From positions 512,001 through 576,000 of the forward strand of contig CAWFAK010000007.1 of NCBI GenBank assembly GCA_963813715.1: 64,000 bases of DNA, read 5' to 3'. Below, piece after piece: positions 29,747-40,537 of this stretch (the first letter of the stretch is position 1; each line of letters starts with the position of its first letter). The translations under genes and the position numbers were made by a program. The DNA comes from an uncultured Planctomycetaceae bacterium (GTDB taxonomy: Bacteria; Planctomycetota; Planctomycetia; Planctomycetales; Planctomycetaceae). The notes under the pieces were generated by a model. It had not been told where the DNA came from. It saw only the letters and a program-made list of their open reading frames with translations, and did not search any database.

Positions 29747-30329
29747 ATGAAAATCGTCGTTGGACTGGGAAACCCCGGCCCGAAGTACGAGCAGACGCGG
29801 CACAACGTGGGATATCTCGTCATCGACGAGTTGTCCCAGCGTCTGTCCGCTGGGAAGGCGCGGGCGCGGTTCGACGCGAGCGTGGCCGAGGGGAACCTGG
29901 GAGGCGAAAAAGTCCTCCTGGCGACTCCCCGGACCTATATGAATGAGAGCGGCCGGTCTGTCCGGCAACTGATCGATTTCTACGGAGTTGCAGCTCCCCG
30001 ATTTGCTGGTGGTGTGCGACGATTTCAATCTCGAACTGGCCCGGCTGCGAATGCGGACGGGGGGTTCGGCGGGGGGTCAAAAGGGGCTGGCTGACATTAT
30101 CCGCAAGCTGGCGACGGAGGAGTTTCCCCGGTTGCGGATCGGCATCGGGAAGCCTCCCGAACATTTCGACGCAGCCGACTTTGTCCTGAGCAAATTCAAA
30201 CGGAGCGAACAACCCACAATCGACGAGGCCGTCACCCGTGCCGCCGAAGGGGTCGAGCTGTGGATTCGTGCGGGCATCGGCCCGGCGATGAACCGAATTA
30301 ACGCGGCAACCTCCCAAGACGATGACTGA
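29747..30329 (+). CDS. pth: Peptidyl-tRNA hydrolase (frameshift near 29990)
   Basis: [25 protein letters not shown]; second part [22 protein letters not shown]. Confidence 0.95.
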
Positions 30330-30433
30330 CCCGCCCGCCCGCGAACGCGTCGGAGCGCCCTCGGCCCCCCGGCAACTGCGTTGAAAATGCGGGTGAATTG
30401 GATACAACGAAGAAAGCTAAAAACCGCAGGAGA

Positions 30434-30976
30434 ATGACGTTGGCAGCACCATCAGCAACCGAACAACCGGCTCCGAAGACGGCCGCGCACAAGCTTTACG
30501 AGGGGATGTTCCTCCTCGATAGCAGCCGCTTCGCCACCGATTCCAAGGGCGCGACCGATCAAATCACCGGCATGATCGAAAAATGCGGCGGCACGCTCGT
30601 CGCCCACCGCCCGTGGCAGGACGGCCGGCTGGCTTATGCCGTTAAGGGGCATCGCAAGGGGCTCCACTACCTCACCTATTTTAAGATGCCGGGCGAGGGC
30701 ATCCGCGACTTGACTCGCGCGTGCAAACTGAGCGACCTGGTGCTGCGGCACGTGGTCATCGAGCATCCCCAGGCGATGTTCGACGCCATGGTCCAGGCGA
30801 TCTCGGGCGAATGGCATCCGCACGAAGCCGCCCAGGACGATTCGCCCGGCCGTGGCCGGGACCGCGGAGAACGGGGCGACCGTGATCGGGACCGGGGCGA
30901 CCGCGATCGGCCAGATCGGGACCGGGGCGAGCGTGACGATCGCGGGCCCGCCGAAGAGGGTGAATCCGAGGAATAA
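30434..30976 (+). CDS. rpsF: 30S ribosomal protein S6 with a long R/D/G-rich tail
   Basis: YEGMFLLD, RLAYAVKGHRKGLHYL, VLRH; located before ssb. Confidence 0.9.
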   Translation: MTLAAPSATEQPAPKTAAHKLYEGMFLLDSSRFATDSKGATDQITGMIEKCGGTLVAHRPWQDGRLAYAVKGHRKGLHYLTYFKMPGEGIRDLTRACKLSDLVLRHVVIEHPQAMFDAMVQAISGEWHPHEAAQDDSPGRGRDRGERGDRDRDRGDRDRPDRDRGERDDRGPAEEGESEE

Positions 30977-31048
30977 GAGCGGCCCGTTGGGCAGCCGGCG
31001 CGGGCCGGCCTGCCGGAGCACGGGAGTACGGGCCGGGGAGATCGGGGG

Positions 31049-31566
31049 ATGTCGAGCTTCAACAAAGTGATCCTGCTCGGTAACCTCACCCGCGATCCCC
31101 AGGTCCGCTACACGCCGGGCGGCACCGCGGTGGCGGAAATCGGCTTGGCGGTCAATCGCACCTGGTTCGACCAGAAGTCGAATTCTCGCCGCGACGAAAC
31201 GACCTTTGTCGACGTGACCCTCTGGGGACGGCAGGCCGAAGTAGCCGGCGAGTATCTGGCCAAGGGACGCCAGGTGCTGATCGAGGGACGCCTGCAATTG
31301 GATACGTGGGAGGACAAGGAGTCGGGCCAGAAACGGTCGAAGCTCCGCGTCGTCTCCGAAAACATGAAGATGGTGGGCGGCCGTGGCGAGGGCGGCGGCG
31401 GTAGTGGGGGCGCTGGTAGTGGTGGAGGCGGCGGTGGTGCCAGCCGCGGAGAGGGAGGACGCTCCGAGGGTCGCGGCGCTCGCGCGAGATGGAGAGTAGT
31501 GGCAGCGGCGGGGGCGGTGAAGACTTTCACGACGCGCCTCCGCCCGATGACGACGTGCCGTTCTAA
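31049..31566 (+). CDS. ssb: Single-stranded DNA-binding protein (frameshift in the Gly-rich linker near 31480)
   Basis: FNKVILLGNLTRDP, WGRQAE..YLAKGRQVLIEGRL; the shifted frame ends PPPDDDVPF-TAA at 31566. Confidence 0.95.
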
Positions 31567-31576
31567 AACGGCCGAA

Positions 31577-31710
31577 ACACCGCCGAGAAACCTCGGCAAG
31601 GAAACGCAGCCGAGCAGTCTCGGCAAGAGAACACAGCCGAGAGACCTCGGCAAGAAAATACCGCCGAGCTGCCTCGGCAAAGAAATACGGTCGAGCCAAC
31701 ACGGCGAGGC
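31577..31710 (+). repeat. Tandem array of 27-bp units, each a GCCGAG-N4-CTCGGC hairpin
   Basis: Stems start at 31582, 31609, 31636 and 31663 (perfect) and 31690 (degenerate); loops AAAC, CAGT, AGAC, CTGC, CCAA; A-rich linkers. Confidence 0.9.
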
Positions 31711-31740
31711 CCTGGACAATTTCAGAGCAAGGTGAATCCG

Positions 31741-32241
31741 ATGGCGAAACGGGGAGCAACGGCGGTAAGGGGATCGGGCCGGTCGTCGATCGACGTCCTG
31801 TTGACCGAGGACGTCACGAGTCTCGGCACGCAGGGCGACATCGTCCGCGTAAAGCCCGGCTACGCGCGGAACTTCCTGTTGCCGCAGGGGCTGGCCACGG
31901 TCGCCACCGAGCACAACAAGAAGATGGTCGAGCGACACAAGCTTCGCGTGGCCGAGTTGCAGGTCCAACGCGTGAAGCAACTTCGCGGCCAGGCTGACGC
32001 GGTCAGCAAGTACAGCGTCACCCTGGAGGCCAACGCCAACAAAGAGGGGCACCTCTACGGCTCGATCGTCGCGACGGACATCAGCAAGGCGCTCAAGTCG
32101 GCCGGTTACGCGGTTGAGCCGGACCACATTAAACTGGACGGTCCGCTCAAGGAACTGGGCATGTACACGGTGCGCGTCGAGCTGCACGCCGAGGTGAAGA
32201 CCGAAGTCAAAGTCTGGGTCGTTCCCGCGGCGTCCAACTAG
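31741..32241 (+). CDS. rplI: 50S ribosomal protein L9
   Basis: LGTQGDIVRVKPGYARNFLLPQG, GHLYGSI. Confidence 0.96.
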   Translation: MAKRGATAVRGSGRSSIDVLLTEDVTSLGTQGDIVRVKPGYARNFLLPQGLATVATEHNKKMVERHKLRVAELQVQRVKQLRGQADAVSKYSVTLEANANKEGHLYGSIVATDISKALKSAGYAVEPDHIKLDGPLKELGMYTVRVELHAEVKTEVKVWVVPAASN

Positions 32242-32352
32242 CCGATCTCGGGTCGCTCCGATTCCTTGGCGCGGCCAGGATGCGCCGCGCCTCGGTTCGA
32301 CCGACCCGCTTCCCCGACTCTCGGCGCCTGATTCAACGATCCGGAGGCAGGG

Positions 32353-33726
32353 ATGGCCACTGTCGAAGATTTTCTCACGCGACTGCCGCCGCAGAATCTC
32401 GACGCGGAACGCAGCGTGCTCGGCAGCATGCTGTTTTCCAATGACGCCGTCGACGAGGTGGGTTCGTTCCTCAAGGCGACGCACTTCTATCACGACGCGC
32501 ACCAGCAGATTTATGCGGCCATCTGCCGCATGCGCGAGCGGGGCCGGGGCGCCATCGACGCGGTGACGCTGGCCGAAGAGTTGGCGGGGCTCAAGCTGCT
32601 CGAGGAGGTCGGCGGCCCCAGCTACCTGCACCAGATCCTGGAGACGGTGCCGCACGCGGCCCACGTCCGCTACTACGCCGACATCGTCCACGAAAAATAT
32701 GTGCAGCGGGCCCTGATCGACACCTGCACCGAAGTGCTCCGGACCTGCTACGACTCGGGCCGCGCCGCCGATGACATCCTGCAGGAGACCGAGCAGAAGA
32801 TCTTCTCCATCCTCGAACAACAGGAACGGGAGACCAAGATCTCGATCCGGGACATCCTGCTGGAGACCTTTTCGCGGATCGACGTCCGCATGCAACAGCC
32901 GGGAGACGTCAGCGGACTGGCCACCACCTTCTCCGACGTCGACCACCTCACCACGGGCTTTCATCCGTCGGAGCTGATCATCCTGGCGGCGCGGCCCAGC
33001 ATGGGGAAAACGGCCCTCGTCTGTAACTTCGCCGAGTCGATCGCCCGCACCTCCAACCAGGGCGTGTTGCTCTTCAGCCTCGAGCAGTCGAAGCTCGAGC
33101 TGGCGGAACGCTTCCTCTGCATGGTCGCGCAGATCGACGGGCACAAGCTCCGCAACGGGCAGATCGACGAGGACCAGCAACAAAAACTCCTCGAAGCTTC
33201 GCACGCCCTGAGCGAAATCCCGATCTTCATCGACGACCAGCCCGCCCGCACCACTGCCCAGATCGGCGCGATCTCGCGGCGGCTCAAGCGGCAAAGCGGC
33301 CTGGGCCTGATCATCATCGACTATCTCCAGCTGATCGAACCGGACGATCGCCGAGCTCCCCGCGAGCAACAGATCTCGCAGATCACGCGGCGATTGAAGC
33401 AGCTCGCCAAGGAGATCAACGTGCCGGTGATCGCGCTGGCGCAGCTCAACCGCGGCGTCGAGCTGCGGGAGGAAAAGCGACCTCGCCTGGCCGACCTCCG
33501 CGAAAGCGGGGCCATCGAACAGGACGCCGACCTGGTCCTCTTCCTGCATCGGCCCGAAGCCTACGATCCGCAGGATCGCCCGAACGAGGCAGAACTGATC
33601 GTCGCCAAGCACCGCAGCGGCCCGACCGGCATCGTGAACCTCACTTGGCGCAAAGAATTCATGCGCTTCGAGAACTTCACCGCTCGGTCCGAACCGGGCG
33701 GATTCGACGATGACGAGTTTCGCTGA
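32353..33726 (+). CDS. dnaB: Replicative DNA helicase
   Basis: PPQNLDAERSVLG, AARPSMGKT, IIDYLQL, AQLNR, DLRESGAIEQDAD. Confidence 0.97.
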   Translation: MATVEDFLTRLPPQNLDAERSVLGSMLFSNDAVDEVGSFLKATHFYHDAHQQIYAAICRMRERGRGAIDAVTLAEELAGLKLLEEVGGPSYLHQILETVPHAAHVRYYADIVHEKYVQRALIDTCTEVLRTCYDSGRAADDILQETEQKIFSILEQQERETKISIRDILLETFSRIDVRMQQPGDVSGLATTFSDVDHLTTGFHPSELIILAARPSMGKTALVCNFAESIARTSNQGVLLFSLEQSKLELAERFLCMVAQIDGHKLRNGQIDEDQQQKLLEASHALSEIPIFIDDQPARTTAQIGAISRRLKRQSGLGLIIIDYLQLIEPDDRRAPREQQISQITRRLKQLAKEINVPVIALAQLNRGVELREEKRPRLADLRESGAIEQDADLVLFLHRPEAYDPQDRPNEAELIVAKHRSGPTGIVNLTWRKEFMRFENFTARSEPGGFDDDEFR

Positions 33727-33903
33727 ACTCCGCCGACGGCAGCCAAGCCCTGTTTAGCTTTGACGTCGCGCGTTCGTTTGCCGTAATATGCATCCATCAA
33801 CGCGTGCAAGCGCGTTTACCTAAAGCCCACCTGAACCTCCGCCTGCGTTTGACCGCCTCGATTGGCCTGCCCCGATCCAAGCTGACCGTTTCCCTACCTG
33901 ATT

Positions 33904-33987
33904 TCGCTCTTTGATCCTGCTCGCCAACTGACTCGCTCTTTAGATTTTGCTCGCCGACTGTCGCTCCCTGATTTTGCTCGCCGACTG
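33904..33987 (+). repeat. Three tandem copies of TCGCTCYYT(A)GATYYTGCTCGCCRACTG
   Basis: Cores at 33913, 33943 and 33970; intergenic between dnaB and the PPC gene. Confidence 0.8.
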
Positions 33988-34030
33988 AGTTCCTCCGCCC
34001 GATTGCCCGCCCTCCGTGGGGACCCGCCGC

Positions 34031-36143
34031 ATGCAGCCGACCCGCCGCGCTTGCGTGGTCATTTTGGCCGTGGTCATTTGGGAATTGCCCGCTGGTGCAT
34101 TCGGCACCGGTGCCACGGCATGGGCGCAGACCATCTCCTCCGTCACGCCACTGGCGTTGCGGCCGGGGCAGACGCAGGACGTCGTGCTGGCCGGAAACGG
34201 TCTCGGCGACGCCCGCCAGTTCTGGTCCAGCTTCCCGCAAAAGTCGGCCCTTGCCACGGAACCGGCTAATGCCAAAAAGAACCCCGCGTTGGCCACCTTC
34301 CGCATCACCGTTCCGCCGCAGACGCCACTGGGGATTTACGGAATTCGGGTGGCAACGAATAGCGGCGTTTCGCCCCTGAAGCTGGTGCTGCTCGACGATC
34401 TGCCGACCGTGCGGGCCACCGGCGCGAATCTCTCGCGACGCATCGCCCAGGCGTTGAGCCTGCCGACGGCCGTCGAAGGCACGCTCGGTCCGCAGCAACT
34501 GCACTACTTCAAGTTTCACATCGAAGCGGGGCAGGGCGTTTCGTTCGAGGTCTACGCTCGTCGGATCGGATCGCTGCTGGACCCCACGCTCCGGCTCTTC
34601 GACGCGAGGGGCCGCGAAGTCACCTATAGCGACGACGTCCCCGGGCTGAGCGAAGACGCGGCGATCCACCGGACGTTTCGCAAGGCCGGCGACTATGTCC
34701 TGGAGCTGGGCGACAACCTGTACCAGGGAGGTAGCGACTACTTCTACCGCATTCGCATCGGCGACTTTGCCGCGGCCCCCCTCCCCTACCCGCTGGCAGC
34801 CACGCGGGGCAGCGAATTCACCTGCCGCTTCGCCGACAGCGCGGCAAGCCCGATCGAACCTGTCCGCGGCAAGGCTCCCACGAACCCGATGCAAACCGCA
34901 CTCTTCCTTCCCGTTCGACAAAACGGCGGCGACGCGCAGAGCTTCGCGCCAATCCTCCTCTCCGACCACCGACAAGCCAGCGAAGCGGAACCCAACAACA
35001 GCGCGAAGACGGCTACCCGCGTGAATCTGGGCGACGATTTGAACGGCCGGCTCGAAACGTCGGACGATGTCGACAACTTTGTCTTTCATGCCTCCGCCGG
35101 CGAGTTGGTGCGATTCAAGTCGATTTCGCGCCGACTGGGCTCCCCGGCCGATGTGGTCCTCCGCGTGCTCGATGCGCAGGGCAACCCGCTGGCCGCCGCC
35201 GAGAGCCAGGGGTCCGAGGAAGCCACGCTCTGGGTGACTTTTCCCGCGGCGGCCGATTACACGCTCGAAGTTCGCGACCTCAATCACCGCGGCAATCCGC
35301 GGTTCGTCTACCACATCGACGTCGTCGCCGAGCCGTCCCAGCCTCCCAAAGAGCAGTCTCCCAAAAGCGGATCGGCCAAAGAGCCAAAACACGTCGCGCG
35401 ACATGTGCACACCTTTACGCTGAATGCTGCCGCCGACTCGGTGGTGATTCCCGGCGGGCGGAACGGCGGCGATCCCCGTCTCGTCGGTGCGTTCCCATTA
35501 CAACGGCTCGATCTTCGTGCAGGCGGTCGACCTGCCGCCGGGAGTGAAGAGCCGACCGACGTGGATCGGCGGCGGTGAAGATCTCGCCGAGTTGACGCTG
35601 CAGTCGACAGGCGAGCTTCCGGCAGGCGTCATCCATTCCATTCGCATCGTGGGCTCCCCCGAACATTCTGACGCGACGGTCATGGCACAAGCGACCGAAG
35701 CTGTCCGCACGCAGCTCGGCAACATGCCGTACCCACCGCTGGGACTGTGCGGCAATCTGGCGCTCGTCGCCGGACCGCGGCCCAACTTCACGCTCCACAC
35801 CGAGCCCGGCGAAATCGTCCTCAGCCCCGACCACTCGACGAAGTGCAAACTGATCGCCGAACGACAAAAGGGGTTCGACGACGAGATTGCCCTGGCGGTG
35901 AGCCCCGTCAAGAAGGGTCTGCCGCCGGGAGTCAGCGTCAGCGTCAAGCCGATCGCCAAGGGCGCGGCCTCCGCCGAAATCACATTCTCGGCCAACGGAA
36001 AGGCCGACCCAACCGTGGCGACCGTGGTCTTGGTCGGGACGATCAAACGGGGCAACCAGGCGTTCAGCGAGCCGGCTCCAGGCATCGAGCTGACCGTCAA
36101 ACGGGCGAGTGCCAAGCGAAAACCTGAAGGGAAAAAGTCATGA
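34031..36143 (+). CDS. Exported PPC-domain protein of the type that accompanies DUF1549/1553 genes (frameshift near 35460)
   Basis: Signal peptide; GIYGIRVAT..GVS, ARRIGSLLDPTLRLFD, AGDYVLEL, EAEPNN repeats. Confidence 0.8.
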
Positions 36144-38654
36144 GGAACCGAGTCCCTGTCGCCCGCCGATCGCGTCTGGCGGCTTTCGCCGTAACATTCG
36201 CTCCGGCAGTCGCTCTCGCACTCGCGCTCGTCGCTCAGGGTTTCCGCCCGGCGATCCGCGGCCGAGGCCAAATCCAAGAAGACGCCCCCCGAGCCGCCCG
36301 CCAAACTGTCGCTCGAGCCGGCAAAGTTCGAGTTCTCCAATCCGCGGACGACGCTGCAACTGGTCGCTAGCGGCACCTACGGGGGCGACCGCGTCCGCGA
36401 TCTGACGGCCGATGTGAAGCTCAGCTCGTCCGACCCGAAGATCGCCCGTATCAAGGGAACGACCGTCATTCCGGTCGGCGACGGCACGGCCAAGATCACC
36501 GCGAAGATCGGTGACCGCGAGGCCACGGCCGAGGTCGTCGTCCGCGGTCTCGACGATGCGGTTCCGGTCAGCTTCAAGAATGAAACGCTGCCGGCCCTCA
36601 CCAAGGCAGGCTGCAACATGGGGGCCTGTCACGGCTCGCCCTCGGGCAAAAACGGCTTCCGCCTGTCGCTCCGCGGCTTCGATCCGCCCCTCGACATCCT
36701 CACCCTGCGGACGGAGTACTACGGCCGCCGCACCAACCTGATGGATCCGGCCGAAAGCCTGATCCTGAAGAAGCCGCTGATGGAAGTGGCCCACGGCGGC
36801 GGCCGGCGGCTTCATAAGGGGGATGCCTGTTATCGCGTGCTCTTCGATTGGATCTCCGGCGGCATGCCGGTCGACGCGGCCGGCACGCCCGACTTGGTGA
36901 AGATCGTTCTCTCGCCGTCGCAGCGAGTCTTCCACGATCTGGGCAAGCGTCAGCAATTGCGGGTCGACGGCTATTTCAGCGACGGCAGCGTCCAGGACCT
37001 CACCGCGCTCACCGTCTTCAGCTCCTCGAACGAATCCGTGGCCACCGTGACTGCCGACGGCCTGGTCGAAAAGACGGGCCGCGGCGAAACGGCCATGCTG
37101 GCCCGCTTCCTCGACAAGATGTCGACGGCTTACATCACGTTTCTGGGAGACGTGAAGGGCTTCGCCTGGAACAATCCGCCCGTTCACAACTTCGTCGACA
37201 CGCTGGTCTACGAAAAGCTCCACCAACTGCAGATCGTCCCTTCGGAGACGTGCAGCGACGAAGAATTCGTCCGCCGCGCCTACCTCGATGCCGACGGCCG
37301 CCTGCCGCGGACCGAGGAAACGATCGCGTTCCTCGGCAGTCACGACTCGGCCAAGCGGGCTAAGCTGGTGGACGAACTGGTCGACAGCGCCGACTGTGCC
37401 GAGTTCTGGACGCTCAAGTGGTGCGACGTGTTGCGGGCCAACAGCAAGAAGCTCGAGCCGGCCGGCGTCCGCAAGTTCCGCCGCTGGGTCTACGAGAGCG
37501 TGCTGGCCGACAAGCCGCTCGACCAGATGGCCCGCGAGCTTTTGACCTCGCAGGGGAGCGTCTTCGAGAACCCGGCTGCCAACTACTGGCGAGCCAGCCG
37601 CGACCCGCAGGACGCCACCGAGACAACGGCCCAGCTCTTCCTGGGCATCCGCATTCAATGCGCGAAGTGCCATAACCATCCGTTCGAGCGCTGGTCGCAG
37701 GACAACTATTACGGCATCGCTGCCGCCTTCGCCCGCGTGGGCCGCCGACCCGGAGGCAACTCCAAAGAGGAAGAAGTCGTCTTCCGCGAGAACGCCGGCG
37801 AAGTCCAGCAGCCCCGGACCGGCCAGACAATGAAAGTCCATCTCCTGCTCAAAGGCGACGTCGACGTGCCCAACGACCAGGACCGCCGGGCCGTCTTCGC
37901 CAGTTGGCTCACCGCGTCCGATAACCCGTTCTTTGCGAAAACCTGCGTCAACCGCATCTGGGGACACCTGATGGGCCGCGGCATCGTCGAACCCGTCGAC
38001 GACTTCCGCGACTCCAATCCCCCCTCCATCGCCAAGCTGCTCGACGAGTTGTCCCGTCAATTCGTCACCAACGGCTACAGCAGCAAATGGGTGATGCGGA
38101 CCATCATGAAAAGCCACATCTATGAGCTGTCAGCCCGCAAGAACGACTTCAATAAAGATGACGAAATCTACTTCTCGCACGCCAACACGCGGATGCTGAC
38201 GGCCGAGCAGTTGCTCGACGCCATCTGCGACGTGACCGACGTGCCCGAACGATACACCGGCTTGCCCGCCGGCACGCGGGCCGTCGAGCTGCCCGATCCG
38301 CAGCCGGACAACTACTTCCTCAAAGTCTTCGGCCAACCGCAGCGGGAGATGGCCTGCCAGTGCGAACGCTCGACCGATTCCAACCTGTCGCAGGCGCTGC
38401 AGATGATCAACGGGCCTGTCGTCCACAACAAGCTCCGCGACGATGCGGGCCGCATCCCGCAGATGATCAAGGCGGGCAAGAAAGACGAGGCCATCATCGA
38501 CTCGCTGTACTTAGTCGCCCTTTCCCGTCCGCCGGCCGCGGAGGAACTGGCCGCGTCGAAGGCGCACATCGCCCGCTCGTCGGACCGCCGACAGGCGCTC
38601 GAAGACATCGGCTGGGCGATCCTCAACTGCAAGGAATTCTTGTTCCAGCACTGA
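36140..38654 (+). CDS. DUF1549/DUF1553 protein with Ig-like (Big_2) domains (frameshift near 36245)
   Basis: KAGCNMGACHG..GKNGFRLSL, FVRRAYLD, FLGIRIQCAKCHNHPFERW, NRIWGHLMGRGIVEPVDD, NCKEFLFQH. Confidence 0.9.
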
Positions 38655-38690
38655 GGCAGCTTGTTTCGACCGGCAACTCGCACGGCTAAA

Positions 38691-39584
38691 ATGGCGAGCG
38701 AAAGGCGTCCGACCATGGTCCGCCAACCGCGATCGTCCGGCCGAACTGCCCTCCTCCGCGACCGGGCACTGCGTTCGCTGAAGAACATCGCGGCGCGGAC
38801 ACTGCCTCGGCGGAATCCGCGGCTCCCGTCCGATCGGCTGTCGCCGTTTTCGCGGCGGAGATTGCGACGGTCGAAGTCCGACCCGCAGAGCCAGGCGAAC
38901 GAGGCGACAACAACTCCGGCGGTCGCACGTCGAATTCCGCTGGCGGCCAAGCTGGCTTACACGGCCTTCATGGCGGTGCTCGTCCCCTCGTATACGTATT
39001 TCTACGGCCCGACCAACTTCCTCTACTTTTGCGATGTGGCCCTGCTCATCACCCTCGTGGCGATGTGGGCGGAAAGTCCGCTGCTGGCCTCGATGCCGGC
39101 GGCCGGTATCCTGTTGCCCCAGGCGCTCTGGGTGGTCGACTTTTTAGGCGGCTGCGTCGGGCACCACGTGACGGGCATGTCGGCCTACATGTTTCACGGG
39201 GACCACACGTTCCTCTCGCTCTTCAAACGGGGGCTATCGTTCTTTCATTTCTGGCTGCCGTTCCTGGTGCTGTGGAACGTCTGGCGACTGGGCTACGACC
39301 GCCGCGCGCTTGCCGCCTGGAGCGTGCTGGCGTGGGGCCTCTTGCTCCTGTGCTATTTTGCCATGCCGGCCCCGCCCGCCCCGGCGTCCAATCCCGACCT
39401 GCCCGTCAACATCAACTACGTCTACGGCCCGAGCGACGACCGAGCCCAGACCTGGATGCCGCCCCTGGCATGGCTGGCCCTCTTGATGGTCGGCATGCCG
39501 GCGGTGATCTACGTGCCGACGCACCTGGTCCTCGCCCGCGTCATTGCCCCCGCGCCGTCCCCGCGACCACCGGTCAGCACCTAG
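38691..39584 (+). CDS. Uncharacterised integral membrane protein with an Arg-rich N-terminal extension
   Basis: KLAYTAFMAVLVP.Y..YGPTNFLYFCDVAL, GMSAYMF, LSFFH, GYDRRAL, NINYVYG; multiple hydrophobic segments. Start uncertain. Confidence 0.75.
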   Translation: MASERRPTMVRQPRSSGRTALLRDRALRSLKNIAARTLPRRNPRLPSDRLSPFSRRRLRRSKSDPQSQANEATTTPAVARRIPLAAKLAYTAFMAVLVPSYTYFYGPTNFLYFCDVALLITLVAMWAESPLLASMPAAGILLPQALWVVDFLGGCVGHHVTGMSAYMFHGDHTFLSLFKRGLSFFHFWLPFLVLWNVWRLGYDRRALAAWSVLAWGLLLLCYFAMPAPPAPASNPDLPVNINYVYGPSDDRAQTWMPPLAWLALLMVGMPAVIYVPTHLVLARVIAPAPSPRPPVST

Positions 39585-39596
39585 CCGGCCGTTTGT

Positions 39597-40184
39597 GTCC
39601 CGCCCCACTGGACTCGCGCGTGTTTAGGTCCCGATCAATCCCGTCCCGACCTTCGAGTCCCGTCCCCCGGCCTGCGACTATGGAGAAATTTCCCCCCCGG
39701 TTCACACGGGGGCTCGGCAATTCGATCCCGTCCCATCTGCCGTCCCTTTCAAAGAAAGTGTCCGGACCGGACGTTTGTCCGCCGTAAGTCACTGCGCTCC
39801 AAAGACTACGGCCGGACTCTTTCGAATTGTTAAGGCCGGACCGGACGCCGGACCAGTCTCTGAGTCCCGACCTTTTAGTCCCCGTCTCCGCGTTAGTGTC
39901 CCGTCCCACCATCTGTTTCCCAGGCCCTCGCGGGAGGGCCAGGAGGCGACGCGGCCGTCACTCATTCGAGTCCCGTCCCATTCCGTCCCGTTCTTTGAGT
40001 CCCGTCCCATGCACCGGTTGGATCCGACCTTGGACTTTGGACCCAGACCTTGGACTCGTCGGCTCCACGCCGGCGCGTGTCCCGTCCCGCTCATCCTAGC
40101 CGGGGCGCGCCTGATTTTCGCGCGCGGGGAGGATTCACCTCTATCGAGAAGAGGATCCCACCCCGCCGGGGATCTTTTTTTGTC
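39597..40184 (-). repeat. GGGAY-rich non-coding element, copy B (opposite orientation to copy A)
   Basis: About 22 RTCCC on +, many as TCCCGTCCC. ATCAATCCCGTCCCG at 39634-39648 is the reverse complement of the copy A 15-mer. Head at 40119-40184. Confidence 0.75.
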
Positions 40185-40537
40185 CCCGGCAGGAATCTAT
40201 TCGCCGGCGGAGACTGACCGACGGACTCTCAGCGCTCGACGGTCCGCTCGGCGCGCACCGATTGCGGTGCGGCCAAGAGCCTCTCTCTCCATTCAGCCAC
40301 AAAAGTCCGATTCATCCAAGATCAGTTTTCGCCAGACGGCGTGCTTTGAGGACAGGCAGGTGCGGGATGGCTGCGGGTCGTCGATCGTTGAGCGCGAAAC
40401 GACCAGGGGTTGGTGACGTCCCCGGGTCCGCCGTGCAGGAACAGCTACTGTTAGCGTCTTTCCGACAGTCGCGAGCGGACTCACAGCGGCAGAAACGGTG
40501 TATGCTACGCGAGGCAAATCTCGAAAGGGGCTGAAAG

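Noticed and set aside
29747..30329. Programmed frameshifting in pth or ssb
   Set aside because: No slippery-site pattern, and similar breaks occur throughout the window.
31577..31710. 27-bp array as a CRISPR
   Set aside because: No unique spacers of 25 nt or more, units are directly adjacent, and there are no cas genes in the window.
31108..33612. 834-aa minus-strand ORF
   Set aside because: Antisense shadow of ssb-rplI-dnaB, typical of high-GC DNA.
33904..33987. Triple repeat as a mini-CRISPR
   Set aside because: Intervening sequences are only 9-12 nt and similar to each other.
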